Below are positions 1 to 13,620 of a DNA stretch of 64,000 bases, piece by piece. How positions within the stretch are numbered: position 1 is the first letter of the stretch; every line of letters starts with the position of its first letter. This stretch comes from Octopus vulgaris (taxonomy: Eukaryota), in contig OX597823.1 in NCBI GenBank assembly GCA_951406725.2, positions 115,072,001-115,136,000 of the forward strand. The letters run 5' to 3'. The notes beneath the pieces are model-generated. The model saw nothing but the letters and a program-made list of their open reading frames with translations, was not told where the DNA came from and ran no database searches. The position numbers were made by a program, and so were the translations under genes.

Positions 1-77
1 ACTGTAGCCTCGGGCCGACTAAAGCCTTGTGAGTGGATTTGGTAGACGGAAACTGAAAGAAGCCTGTCGTATATATG

Positions 78-125
<48 letters not shown>

Positions 126-318
126 TCTGTGTTTGTCCCCCCAACATCGCTTGACAACTGATGCTGGTGGGTTTACGTCCCCATAACTTAGCGGTTCGGC
201 AAAAGAGACCGATAGAATAAGTATTGGGCTTACAAAGAATAAGTCCCGGGGTCGATTTGCTCGACTAAAGGCGGTGCTCCAGCATGACCGCAGTCAAATG
301 ACTGAAACAAGTAAAAGA

Positions 319-320
<2 letters not shown>
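1..320 (+). mobile_element. SINE family A copy, 5' end outside the window; internal (TA)n(TG)n
   Basis: Matches other copies: gccttgtgagtggatttggtagacggaaactgaaagaagcc - microsatellite - ...gcagtcaaatgactgaaacaagtaaaagag. Confidence 0.9.
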
Positions 321-384
<64 letters not shown>

Positions 385-449
385 TTTTTTTCGTAATGAG
401 ATAAAATAGAACCAAGTCTGTGTAGATTTTAGAACATATATTCTTTCCC

Positions 450-656
450 TCTCTTATTTGTTTCAGTCATTTGACAGTGGCCATGCTGGAGCACCGCCTT
501 TAGTCGAGCAAATCGATCCCAGGCCTTATACTTTGTAAGCCCAATACTTATTCTATTGGGTTCTCCTGCTGAACCTCTAAGTTACGGAGACGTAAACACC
601 AGCATCGGTTGTCAAGCGATTTGGGGAGGAACAAACACAGACACACAAACATATAG

Positions 657-728
<72 letters not shown>

Positions 729-890
729 GGCAGGCTTCTTTCAGTTTCCGTCTACCAAATCCTATCTCAAGGCTTTGGTTGGCCAGAGGCTATAGTAGAA
801 GACACTTGCCCAGGGTGACATGCAGTGAGACTGAAACCGGAACCATGTGGTTGGTAAGCAAGCTGCTTACCACACATCCACTCCTGCGCC
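450..890 (-). mobile_element. SINE family A, full length
   Basis: Reverse complement of the family A consensus, from the tail (tttcagtcatttg) to the head (actcctgcgcc). Confidence 0.9.
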
Positions 891-1120
891 AAAAGATAAA
901 ACTTACTTGGAAATGGATGCGTGACGTTCAATCAAATAATAATATACATAATATATATATATACATATATATACATGTATATACACCCATATGTACATTA
1001 TTATATATTTTATTTAATTTAATTTTTTTGGCTCAAAAAGCAAAAGCAAAGCCATGTGGGGGGACATGGAGTTACGTACAGGGATGGTGTTCATACACAC
1101 ACATACACACACACACACAT

Positions 1121-1170
<50 letters not shown>

Positions 1171-1476
1171 ATACATAGATACATACATACATATATACAT
1201 ACATTTATACACACACATACACACACACACATATACGGAGTTGCCTACACGCATGCGCACGAGTGTGTGTATTCACGCGCGCGTGTGTGTGTGTTTGTAT
1301 TTGTGGGTGTTTTACTGTTGGTATTGACCAAGATCCTTGCTAGAATCTCTTAATTATTGTTGACCAATTCCTTCTCTCCAAGACATGGACATCATAAACA
1401 ACTCTAATGAGTGTTAACTTAGATGAGACTTTACCTTTAAAATTATAGGGTAGCAAACGTTTGATTTATTGATCTG

Positions 1477-1479
<3 letters not shown>

Positions 1480-1543
<64 letters not shown>

Positions 1544-2160
1544 GGTGCCCGCCGCTGCTGCTGCTGCTGTAACCACCACCACCAGCACGACTAAAATTAC
1601 TACTACCACTACATCTATTACGAATGCTGCTATCACCACCACTACTACTACGACCTCTACTACTCCCATCACTATTACTATCAACTCTTCTACGACTACT
1701 ACAACTACTACCTCCCCCACTACTACCATCACTACTACTATCTCTGTTACTATCACTTCTACAACCACAAATTCAACCGCCACCGCCATTGTTACCACTA
1801 CAACTAACCCAACAGCTACTGCAACCATCACAACTATTGTCGTACCAATACCACCACCACTGCCATCACTACTACCGCCACCACTGCCATCGCTACTACC
1901 GCCACCATTCTTATCACTTCTACCACTGACGTCACTACTATCACCCCCACTATTACCAATCACAAGCGCTAACACTAGGCCCACTATGATCACCACTACC
2001 ACTACGAACCACCACCACTACCACCTGCACCATCCCTCACTGCCATCCGTAGTTAAACCGCCAATAACAACCATAGTATTCCTGTTTCTTAATCACCACT
2101 GCCACCGGCACCTCTACCATTTATTCAACTACTACCACTAATACCATCATCTCTACCACC
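1480..2160. repeat. Degenerate (ACT/ACC/GCT)n trinucleotide tract
   Basis: Seen directly. Confidence 0.9.
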
Positions 2161-2164
2161 ATTA

Positions 2165-2730
2165 CTTATTTCTTGATTGCCCACAAGGGGCTAAACACAG
2201 AGGAGACAAAAAAGGACAGACAAAGGGATTAAATCGATTACATCGACCCCAGTGCGTAACTGGTACTTATTTAATCGACCCTGAAAGGATGAAAGGCAAG
2301 TCGACCTCGGCGGAATTTGAACTCAGAACGTTACGGCAGACGAAATACCTACTTCTTTACTACCCACAAGGGGCTAAACACAGAGAGGACAAACAAGGAC
2401 AGACAAAGGGATTAAGTCGATTATATCAACCCCAGTGCGTAACTGGTACTTATTTAATCGACACCGAAAGGATGAATGGCAAAGTTGACCTCGGCGGAAT
2501 TTGAACTCAGAACGTTAAGACAGACGAAATACCTATTTCTTTACTACCCACAAGGGGCTAAACACAGAGAGGACAAACAAAGGCAAAGTTGACCTCGACG
2601 GAATTTGAATTCAGAATGTAACAGCAGACGAAATATCGCTTAGCATTTCGCCTGTCGTGCTAACGTTTCTTATTTGTTTATTGCCCACAAGAGGCTAAAC
2701 ACAGAGAGGACAAACAATGACAGACAAGTT
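2165..2730 (-). mobile_element. SINE family B, tandem ~184-bp units
   Basis: cccacaagggg recurs at ~2180, 2363 and 2547; head remnant gcatttcgcctgtcgtgctaacgtttct near 2645-2670. Confidence 0.88.
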
Positions 2731-2736
2731 ATGCAC

Positions 2737-2767
<31 letters not shown>

Positions 2768-3167
2768 ATGCGTGCGTGCGTGCCTGCGTGCGTGTGTGTC
2801 AATAGGTTAGTTACACCAATGTTGAATATACAGAGCGGTAGAAATAGAATGCAAGCAAATTAAGATAAGCGGGAGAGGAACTGGAATAGAAAATGTATTC
2901 CTTGGACATTTTGTGAAGAAGTTAAAGCAGAAAGATCAAGAGAGATCTGGTGGGGAAATATTGGTCTGTTGCAACGGAAGCAGAATATCCCATAGCAAGT
3001 GTGTCAGAGATGAGGTGAAATTCTGTGCTGGAGGTCAAATATATCATGGATGAGTAAGATATAGCTTAGACTCCAGGAAAATCGTCCCATCGTTAACATG
3101 GAATACAAGATGGTGGAATGAACAGCAAGAGATGTGAATGGACGTAGAGTAAGGTGTAGAGATAATG

Positions 3168-3630
3168 CCTATTTCTTTACTACCCACAAGGGGCTAAACA
3201 CAGAGGGGACAAACAAGGACAGACAAAGGGATTAAGTCGATTATATCAACCCCAGTGCGTAACTGGTACTTATTTAATCGTGCCCGAAAGGATGGAAGGC
3301 AAAGTTGACTTCGGCGGAATTTGAACCCAGAACGTTACGGCAGACGAAATACCTATTTCTTTACTGCCCACGAAGGGCTACACGCAGAGGGGACAAGCAA
3401 GGACACACAAACGGATTAAGTCGATTATATCGACCCCAGTGTGTAACTGGTACTTATTTAATCGACCCCAAAAGGATGAAAGGCAAAGTCGACCTCGGCG
3501 GAATTTGAACCCAGAACGTAACGGCAGAAGAAATACCTCTTTCTTTACTACCCACAAGGGGCTAAACACAGAGAGGACAAACATATTAAGTCGATTATAT
3601 CGACCCCAGTGTGTAACTGGTACTTATATA
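3168..3630 (-). mobile_element. SINE family B, tandem units
   Basis: About 2.5 copies of the same ~184-bp unit. Confidence 0.88.
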
Positions 3631-4239
3631 GTGCATGAATAAATACACAAATACCGTAAAATTGGGTTTTATTCGATAGAAGTCACCAATGAGACTAAAG
3701 GTTAGTAACACAGACTGTCTTTATAAAAGACTTGCAGGAAAGGGAAACCCCGAGAGAAACTAAGGAATCCTAATCTGCTACTACTCTGAGAGGCATCAAA
3801 AGAGGAAGTAGTGAGTAATTGTGATTAGCTGTTTAATGTGAAAGAATGACTTGAAACTGTGAGCTTATTAACGGATAGAAAGAAATTGAGGAGAAACGTA
3901 CGTAAGACGATGAATGACATATATAGAGTGTTCGGGCTAAATTTGACGATGTTTTATGTTTCTCCTTTTCAGGAACACCTTGATGTGTTGAGGAACACTC
4001 AGCGATTTTGGAGAACATGAAGATTATGGTTGTATTTGAGAAAAACTGAGTTGACAAGGAGGACGAGAAGACAGTTGATTATTGGAAAAGAGTTAACTGT
4101 ATCATTATGATTTGCTCTGGGTATCGAAATTCGGACATCGTGACTGCTGCTCAATACTCTGTGAACACTAAAAGATGTAAGTCGTGACATGGACAGCTGC
4201 AACGAAGACGACGAAGTCCGGTTTTCATTTAACAACTGA

Positions 4240-4740
4240 TGAACAGAGCATTAGGCTCAGTTCAGATGGCTATGGGAAGCTGCTGAAGGAGTCTGGGGCC
4301 AAATTCTATTTGGAGTGGTTTGCCGCTAGAAGGCTACATATGTGGCAGCAGGATTCGGTTGGAAAGAGTTAGATGTGGGTGTCGAAGAATTTCTATTCAC
4401 CAGCTCAAATTTCTGGTCACCTTCTTCCCCTGGTTCTAATCCCATTGCTTACTATGTGCGAGGCGGTGGTTGAGAAAGACACCAGCCGCTCTGCCTGTAA
4501 CATCAAGGCCGAGCTAGTGGCCAATATCAAGCGGGTGCTTCAAGATCTTCCCAGAGACACGGCGTTGAACGCATGCGCCAGGTTTCGAAGCCGACATGAG
4601 GCCGTGATGGAAGCTGTAAGCGGCTGCTTGGAATAAACTGTTATCTTCCAGGCATAATCTAGTTAATATTTTGGGATTTTTTAAAAATGATTTTTAGTTT
4701 TGGGTGGATAACTGTGTTTTCTTTTCTGCAAGCAGCTCGT
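4240..4740 (+). pseudogene. Tc1/mariner-superfamily transposase C-terminal relic (maT/DD37D-like)
   Basis: Translations WQQDS... and AVVEKDTSRSACNIKAELVANIK...NACARFRSRHEAVMEA resemble the maT/Tc1 C-terminus; stops and frameshifts present. Confidence 0.7.
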
Positions 4741-5670
4741 GTATATACACGAATATATATATATATATATATTCGTATATATATATGAATTATATATACT
4801 ATATAATTCATACTATATATGAATTATATAGTATGCATATATAATTCATACTATATGCATGAATTATATAGTATATACAAAGCATATAATATAGTTAGGT
4901 AAAGTTTAGAATACGTTTAAATGAAGTTTAATCATTGATGTGAATTATATATTAAAGAAAACTGTGTTGTTTGAAGGTGGGGGGGGAGGCAGTATTAATT
5001 AAGTGAATCAAGAAAAGTGAGGCCTACAGTCTAAAATAAGGGATGACATCTTAATTCTCTGGGAATACAAGATATCTCTGTTTCTAAAAGTGCCACATGT
5101 GAGTCATTCTCAGCGAACGATACACTCGATTGAATAAATTTTTAGTCATTAGCAGTCATTTATTTAATTGATCCATCTTAGAAGGCTAAAACATAAAATC
5201 GAACGTGATCATATTTGAAATCAAAACAATTTAGATCCGTAGGGTATTTACTGTATTTAACGATTTTCATCTTTATTCTCACAAGGCAACATAAAACGAA
5301 AACAACAGTAAGAAGCCCTTTTATTTCACAACTGAAACAGTCAGCCTGATAGAAATAGGGACTCCAATTAGGTCAGCTTGCAAATAATATATTCTGTCTG
5401 CCTTGTCTGGCACACCAATCTCTTAAAAATGTAACACTTCACCTATGAACTCCAGTCATCAAAGACTGGTAGTTTTTCTGTCAGACGCTGATATCGCAGT
5501 GATTGCATTGTGGAGTTCTCCCTGATCAACACACTATCCATCTTGGTGTGTTCCAGGATTTGCTTTTGTCGCTGCCACCAACAACACCCATTCCTTCGAG
5601 GATGCTACTATCCTCTATACCCCCGGAATCTTCCTCATTTAAACATTATCCATATGCCAACAAGACAATA

Positions 5671-6085
5671 GGCGGCGAGCTGGCAGAAACGTTAGCACTC
5701 CGGGCGAAATGCGTAGCCGTATTTCGTCTGCCGTTACGTTCTGAGTTCAAATTCTGCCGAGGTCGACTTCGCCTTTCATCCTTTCGGGGTCGATAAATTA
5801 AGTACCAGTTACGCACTGGGGTCGATGTAATCGACTTAATCTGTTTATCTGTCCTTGTTTGTCCTCTCTGTGTTTAGCCCCTTGTGGGTAGTAAAGAAAT
5901 AGGTATTTCGTCTGTCGTTACGTTCTGAGTTCAAATTCTGCCGAGGTCGACTTCGCCTTTCATCCTTTCGGGGTCGATAAATTAAGTACCAGTTACGCAA
6001 TGGGGTCGATGTAATCGACTTAATTCGTTTGTCTGTCCTTGTTTGTCCCCTCTGTATTTAGCCCCCCGTGGGTAATAAAGAAACA
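5671..6085 (+). mobile_element. SINE family B, complete: head plus 2 units, with 19-bp TSD
   Basis: Head ggcggcgagctggcagaaacgttagc; B-box-like gagttcaaattc; TSD catatgccaacaagacaat at 5651-5669 and 6086-6104. Confidence 0.93.
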
Positions 6086-6582
6086 CATATGCCAACAAGA
6101 CAATTAAAGATAAACCTGCACTAATGCTTAAGAACAGTGACCTCGCAAAACATTCATACACTGCACACTGCTAAATAAGAACAACGTACAACTATAGGCT
6201 TCAATATTACTACAAATGATTCCCTGGTTATCAAAGGCATTCTGCAGCCGTGTGTTCCTGGTTCGATCCCACTGCGTACCATCTTGAATACGTGTCTTTG
6301 ACAATCGTTTCATATAGATTCCGGTCGTTGAGCGAAAATGGGAAGACGGACACTGAAATGAAATCCGGCGAGCAGACTGTACGTGTAATTCATAGATGCA
6401 ACCTTCTCACACACTCTGACTCACACCGATTGTGTCTGACGACTACGTTGAGGTCGCGAGTGGCCGTACGCAACCATTAGCAATAATCTGATGAGTAAGC
6501 AATGCAGTACAACGAACAACTGAAATGCTGAAACTGACAACTAGCCATTATGTGTTTGTGTGTGTGTGTGTAAATATATATA

Positions 6583-6742
6583 GGCACAGGCGTGGCTGTA
6601 TGGTAAGAAGCCTGCTTCCCAACCACATGGTTCGGGGTTCAGTCCCACTGCGTGGCGCCTTGGGCAAATGGCTTCTACTATAGCCTCGGGCCGACCAAAG
6701 CCTTGAGTGGATTTGGTAGACGGAAACTGAAAGAAGCCCGTC

Positions 6743-6820
<78 letters not shown>

Positions 6821-7040
6821 CTTTGTGTCTGTGTTCGTCCCCTCTGTGTTTGTAACCCCTACCATCGCTTGACAACCGATGTTGGTGTGTTTCTTTTGCC
6901 GTAACTTAGGTGGTTCGGCAAAAGAAACAGATAGAATAAGTACTAGGCTTACAAAGAATAAGTCCTGGGGTCGATTTGTTCGACTAAAGGCAGTACTCCA
7001 GCATGGTCGCAGTCAAATGACTGAAACAAGTAAATGAATA
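6583..7040 (+). mobile_element. SINE family A, full length
   Basis: tRNA-like head (tggctgtatggt A box, ggttcagtccc B box), internal microsatellite, family tail. Confidence 0.92.
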
Positions 7041-7409
7041 AATGAATACATATGAGCAAGTATAAATGTGATTATGTGTGCGCGTGCGAATGCATTTATT
7101 TTCTATTCTGTTTGTAATTATCAAAATTTTTCCTCTGAGGAAGAAGCTGGTTCCTAAAAAAAGGTACAAAATCTTCGTCGTTGGAATGTTGGTAACAAAA
7201 ACAAATTCACATTTTAAACTTGAGAAAAGTCTTGCACATTTTTACTGTTCCGCTTACAGATCGTATTTGTAGTGCACGATTTAGTTTGGTTGATTTCGTT
7301 TTCTGAAAACTGTAGCTTATCCAGATTATCAATTAACTCCTTTGCGTACAAAATTAAGTGCACTAATTATTATTGGTATAAATGTGAATTTATAATCCGG
7401 GTATAGAAG

Positions 7410-7458
7410 CTAGACGTTTCGAAGTAATCTGCTTTCTCTTTGATATTCACATCAGCAG
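7410..7458 (-). ncRNA. Degenerate type-I hammerhead ribozyme motif
   Basis: Minus strand: ctg CTGATGT gaatatc...gattacttc GAAA cg TC tag; A9 substituted. Confidence 0.45.
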
Positions 7459-7600
7459 GTCAGCTGACCTCTATGACGATACGTACTTTTCTACTTTATC
7501 CCATGTGTGTGTGTGTCCACGCGTGTGAATCTATGTATGTGTGTATGTGAATGTGTGTATGCATGTACGTGTTTGTGTACGCATGTGTATATATACATAT

Positions 7601-7849
7601 ACTCTTACTCTTTCACTCTTTTACTCTTTTACTTGTTTCAGTCATTTGACTGCGGCCTTGCTGGAGCACCGCCTTTAGTCGAGCAAATCGATCCCAGGAC
7701 TTATTCTTTTGTAAGCCCAGTACTTATTCTATCGGTCTCTTTGCCGAACCGCTAGGTTACGGGGGACATAAACACACCAGCATCGGTTGTCAAGCGATAC
7801 TGCGGGGACAAACACAGATACACCAACACACACATACACATACACACAT

Positions 7850-7944
<95 letters not shown>

Positions 7945-8110
7945 TACGACAGGCTTCTTTTCGGCTTCCGTCTACCAAATCCACTCACAAGGTTTTGGTC
8001 GGCCCGAGGCTATAGTAGAAGACACTTGGCCACGGTGCCACGCAGTGGGACTGAACCCGGAACCATGTGGTCGGTAAGCAAGCTATTTACCACACAGCCA
8101 CTCCTGCGCC
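7601..8110 (-). mobile_element. SINE family A, full length
   Basis: Reverse complement of the consensus, with a repeated cttttact tail. Confidence 0.92.
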
Positions 8111-8821
8111 AATGTATACATAACCACATATAAATTGTATGAAGCTACGCAAAACTGTTAAATAATATGTATGCGTGTTTGCGTACGTTTGGAAGTGTAT
8201 ACATGGCGTAATCAATGCAAAAACAAAGTCACTCGATAAACTGTCTCAGTTCAGCTTCAAGACTTCGATTCTAGCCTCAACTCACTAAACCCGCTCCCTC
8301 CTCACACTACTCCTCTTTCCTCCTCCTATATCACCAATTCTAATTCAACAAAAAATGTAAATAAATAAATAAATAAAACGACTTGGATATTTCAAACTAT
8401 ATTCTATTTATCTCTACGTCTTTATTTTTTTCCTTAGATATTTTTTAAAGATTTTATTTTCCTCCGAGAGAATATGGTGATGGGGCAGAATATCTATGCT
8501 TATTTTTGTTTATTTATTTTATGCTTGTCTGTTTGTTTGTTTAAATGTTCTCCTTCCCAACACACACACACTCCACCACCACCACCACCCCGGCTTACAT
8601 TCGGAAGTGTGTCTGTAGGAATCTGTTGTGCTAACAACACAACTGTCATGGCAGATTTACAGCTGGCGGCCAAACAGAACAACAAACTGAATGTGACTGG
8701 AAACTGCGACGGGGTGAACATGGGTGTGTATACACAGACACACATAGCTGCATGCATACACACATGCAAACACACACACGCGTGCATTCATACATACATA
8801 CATAATAAACACACATATACC

Positions 8822-8854
<33 letters not shown>

Positions 8855-8870
8855 ATATATATATATGTGC

Positions 8871-8933
<63 letters not shown>

Positions 8934-9728
8934 CAGTATATATATATATACACACACACATACATATATATATCTTACACACATACATACATACACATAT
9001 ATATAATACACACATACAAACGTATATACATACATTCATACATACATACATATATAGATATATACTGCACACACACACACACATATAGATATACATATAA
9101 ATGCACACGCGTGTATATACCATGTAGTAGTAGTAGCAGTAGTAGTAGCAGTAGTAGTAGTAGTAGTGGCAGTAGTGGTGGTGGTGTTGGAGAGGGGGTG
9201 GAAGAGTCTTTTCCATCGTGTAACTGTTTTAAGGGCGGTGCGGGGAATGCAGAGAGAAGCAGAGATGGTTAATTTATAGAGAAAAAAAGGTCAGGTGGTA
9301 GAGAAGAAAATGGTGGAGCAGATAAAGAAGCGAGAAGGCAAGAAAGATCTTACAAAAACTACAGCAATAAACATCTTATTATTCTCGAGTAAATGAGCCA
9401 TCGATGGAACCGATACGTGGTTTCTGGTTTTGCAAGAAATAGCAACCAAAATACAATTTACTGTCTGAAAAATGATATAACGTTATAATGTTTTCCAAGA
9501 TATACTGTGACATGAAAAATTTCTTATGCAGGTTCTTCTTCTGCATGAAGACCATATAGTTAAGTGCAGATTAATATCTTTAATGAGGAGAGTCATAAAT
9601 AATGATTACTAATTGGAAATTATGCACCAATGAGAGAAGAAACATTAGTGTTATTGACAATTAATATCACGGAAGGTAAGGGAGAGAACTCTGAAATTTA
9701 AATCGATTAAAAGTTGAATAGAGATACG

Positions 9729-10041
9729 CTTGTTTGTTTGTTTGCTTGTTCCTTCTCGAGCCAAGCCTGGCTCATAAGGGCCGGTTTCCCGGTTTCTTGG
9801 CGTATAGGTTCCCTACCTAGACGGGATGCCGGTCCGTTGCAGGTGAGCTGCAAGACGCAGGAGGAAAGAGTGAGAGAAAGTTGTGGCGAGTCAGCAGAAA
9901 TTCGCCATTACCTCCTGTCGGAGCCGCATGGAGCTTAGGTGTTTTCGCTCATAAACACACACATCGCCCGGTCTGAGATTCGAACCCGCGATCCCTCGAC
10001 CGCGAGTCCGCTGCTCTAGCCACTAGGCCATGTGCCGCCAC
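9729..10041 (-). mobile_element. SINE family C (tRNA head, body type 1, (CAAA)n tail)
   Basis: Minus strand head tggcctagtggctagagcagcggactcgcggtcgagggatcgcgggttcgaatc has A and B boxes. Confidence 0.88.
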
Positions 10042-10292
10042 ATTAGCAAATATAGTAATAGCAATATTCCTCAGTGGTTTTGACATTTGACTTTAAACAT
10101 TCCGTGTTCGAATTATAGAAAGGCTATTTTCTAAAATGGTATCTATTTGTCGGTAGCAAGTGAGGCTATCAATTCCAGATAACCATTAATAAGTTATCTG
10201 CTGCAAAAACTTTGCAACTTGCCTCTGGATTATTTGTAGCAGGTCATTCGCAATATGTTAGGTTGTTAGAGGTCATCACCAGCAGGTCCTTA

Positions 10293-10357
10293 GATTCGAA
10301 CCCGCGATCCCTCGAACGCGAGTTCGCTGCTCTAGCCACTAGGCCATGTGTCTCCAC
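10293..10357 (-). mobile_element. SINE family C head-only fragment
   Basis: Near-identical to 9975-10041. Confidence 0.8.
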
Positions 10358-10418
10358 ATAGAGATAGAGATACGTAGTTGTGTAATGCCTGATGTTTCGT
10401 AGATATGGCGACAACTCT

Positions 10419-10454
10419 GGACATGTTTCTGCCTTATGAGGCACTCTTTTCAAA
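10419..10454 (-). ncRNA. Degenerate hammerhead motif, U3-A8 core variant
   Basis: TTGAAAA gag tgcct cata aggca GAAA catg TC; stem I weak. Confidence 0.45.
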
Positions 10455-10823
10455 ATATAATGTAGCACTTAACTACCAACATATCTATGTACCATGTGTG
10501 TGTGTGCATGTGTATATTTGTGAGTGTGACGTTCCGGCAATACTTAGTTTTCAATCTATAAATTTGTGTGCAATATGCACAGATATTTTAGCCGTTATTG
10601 CCTTCGTAAATTGCATAAATTTACCAGAGAAATATGATTAATGTAGATGTTTGTCATATTTATAGAATCTCGGAAAACGAGGGCCACAAAATGAAGGGCC
10701 AACTAAGAACGAAGTCGATTCAATTATTTTTATAGTTTCGTCAATAATTGGTCACCCTACTATTTTAATACCATCGGGAAACCACATTTAACGCTGCTGC
10801 CGTTACTTTTATGACTAAATTCG

Positions 10824-10863
<40 letters not shown>

Positions 10864-10997
10864 AAATATAAGAGAGTTAACTTTACATAGGTCAACTCTA
10901 GTGCTAGAAATAGCTCAACCGGTATAATCGCCGACGATAGCTCCACATAGAAAAAGCACTACTCTCAACTTAAGGAAAGTGAAATACAACTAAAATA

Positions 10998-11048
10998 TTG
11001 ATTAATGTTGTACAAATATATATATATGTGTGTGTGTGTATGTATATG

Positions 11049-11111
<63 letters not shown>

Positions 11112-11116
11112 GTATG

Positions 11117-11148
<32 letters not shown>

Positions 11149-11167
11149 TATATACATATATACATAT

Positions 11168-11248
<81 letters not shown>

Positions 11249-11255
11249 TACATAT

Positions 11256-11320
<65 letters not shown>
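10998..11320. repeat. Compound (TA)n/(TG)n/(TACA)n microsatellite
   Basis: Seen directly. Confidence 0.95.
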
Positions 11321-12885
11321 ACACATTCCCAGTTGTTAGTTCTACTACACAAATTACTGACGTGCAAGCCTTGTTTATTTTTCGTACCTAATTTTACGAC
11401 AGGATAACCCCCAAAGATCTAAGCCGTCATTGAGTTCATAAAAGAAAGAAATATAAGTACATTACTCACACACATACACACACAAGCACATATACATGCA
11501 CCCGCGCACACAGACACATGCACACGCGTACACATATATCCTTTTGACATTTCAAATGCTTAGAGGTTTTCTTATGAAGGATTATATAAACCTTGCCTAT
11601 TTGCTTATGAACTTCATCTCGCATCGTGTGTCTATTCCTTAAGTAGACTGTTTTTGTAATAATGATATTTGACGAAGTGAATGAGAAGTTGGTTTTTTTT
11701 TATATTAATTTATTGTATATTTTACGTTATATTATATATTTTACCTATCGATATATGTAATATGAAATTATAAAAAAAATATTCGTTTACTAAAACGATT
11801 GCACTGTCAATTTGCATTTCTGCATTTCTCTCCTTCCTCGTTTTCATTATATACTTACTTATAATCTTATATTATATATACTTATATTATATATACTTAT
11901 ATTATATATACTTACTTATAATCTACCAATGAGTTACTCTGCCTTAGACTCCTCATCCCACTCCCTTCGATGCATCTTCATTTATCAAAACTCTCCAAAC
12001 CTCTTGCCTCTCACACTTATTCCATACTGATGCTGCTGATACAGAAATCGAATCTTTTCGCCATCATCAATGTCTCTACATTGACTCATTTCATTCTCCT
12101 CTTTCCCACACGTCCAACGTACAAACATTCCAAACATCCTTGGTCTCTTTCTCGCACCTCCAAAATACACTGCACCTCCACATATCAAACTACGCCACTT
12201 CTATGCTAACTATCCCTGGCAACATATTAAATTCATTCGTGACCCACCCATCAAAAACAACTAAGTAGGGTAGAGTAATCAATCCCTTAGGCATAACTCC
12301 ACATTTCCCCCAATACGGGGCCGTCTTAGCAGCAGGATAAGCTTCATAGAAAAACAGTGCAATGGGCCATGTATTTATTGACAGCAAGCCACAACATACA
12401 TAAATCAGAATTGGACCCCTAGACATATAAGGTTCTCGGGCAAATGCCCAGTTTTCCTATCCCTTAAAACGGCACTTCCTCCACACAACTAAAATCCAAA
12501 CTATTTTACGTGGTTCACTCATATCTTCGCTGCAGCAGCTCAGGTGAAGTACATGGGCTACAGTATTTGGAGAAAAGTACTTACCGTTAGGTTCACCGAA
12601 ATCTACACACATATGCCAAAAGTAGAAATAGCACCTCCAGAGGTTTCCACTGAGATTTAACGAGATTCCAATGAGATTTAACGAGATTCTCCATTCAACG
12701 AGATTATCTGCTTTGACAAGATGGCGGTATTGAAATTATATCTTCCATTACACTCGCAGATATACTCCCTATCGTGAACAAACCAGCCAATCTCTTCACC
12801 TCATTCTTTCTCTCTCTCTCTCTTTCTCTCTTTCTCCCTCTCTTTCTCTCTTTCTCTCTTTCTCTCTCTCTCTCTCTCCTTCTCT

Positions 12886-13264
12886 CCTTGCTTGTCCCCT
12901 CTATGTTTAGCCCCCTGTTGGCAATAAAGAAATATATAATGAAAGACATTCAAACTTTGGCTATCTCATCTCCTGGCAAAGCGGAGATAATCGCATTGTC
13001 TTATGTGGCCTTGGTGTTCGTAAGATGGAAGAATATGATTTGAAGGCAATTACACTTTCTCTCTCCTTCTCTCTCTCTCTCCCTCTCTCCCACTCTCTCT
13101 CTCCTTCTCTCTCCATCTCTCCCACTGCCTCCCTCTCTCCCTCACTCTCACTCTCTCAACCTCCCTCTCTCTCTTTCTCTTTCCTCTCTCACTCTCACTC
13201 TCTCTCCTATCTCTCACTATCTCTCCTTCTCACTCTCCCTCCCTCACTCCATCTCTCTCCCCTC

Positions 13265-13328
<64 letters not shown>

Positions 13329-13620
13329 ACCTACACTACCAAATCCAACGTACTCCAAGCTTCTGTTTCTTATAGGATACTCAGGACACTAGGGTTCCTC
13401 AATTTGGATGTTTCTATCTGCTAGAAATAGCAGTGTAATTGCCTTCAAATCATATTCTTCCCCCTTACGAACACCAAGGACACATAAAACAATGCGATTA
13501 TCTCCGCTTTATCAGGAGACTTTTATCATAAGAGATGAGATAGCCAAAGTTTGAATGTCTTTCATTATATATTTCTTTATTGCCAACAGGGGGCTAAACA
13601 TAGAGGGGACAAACAAGGAC
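12886..13620. repeat. Inverted duplication (~170-bp arms: 12886-13056 and 13432-13620) around a CT/CA microsatellite spacer
   Basis: Both arms contain the SINE B tail plus the same flanking sequence in opposite orientation. Confidence 0.88.

Noticed and set aside
1466-2141. Thr/Pro/Val-rich mucin-like ORFs (also 26806-27649 and 49165-49693)
   Set aside because: Translations of trinucleotide microsatellites, open on both strands, with no domain content.
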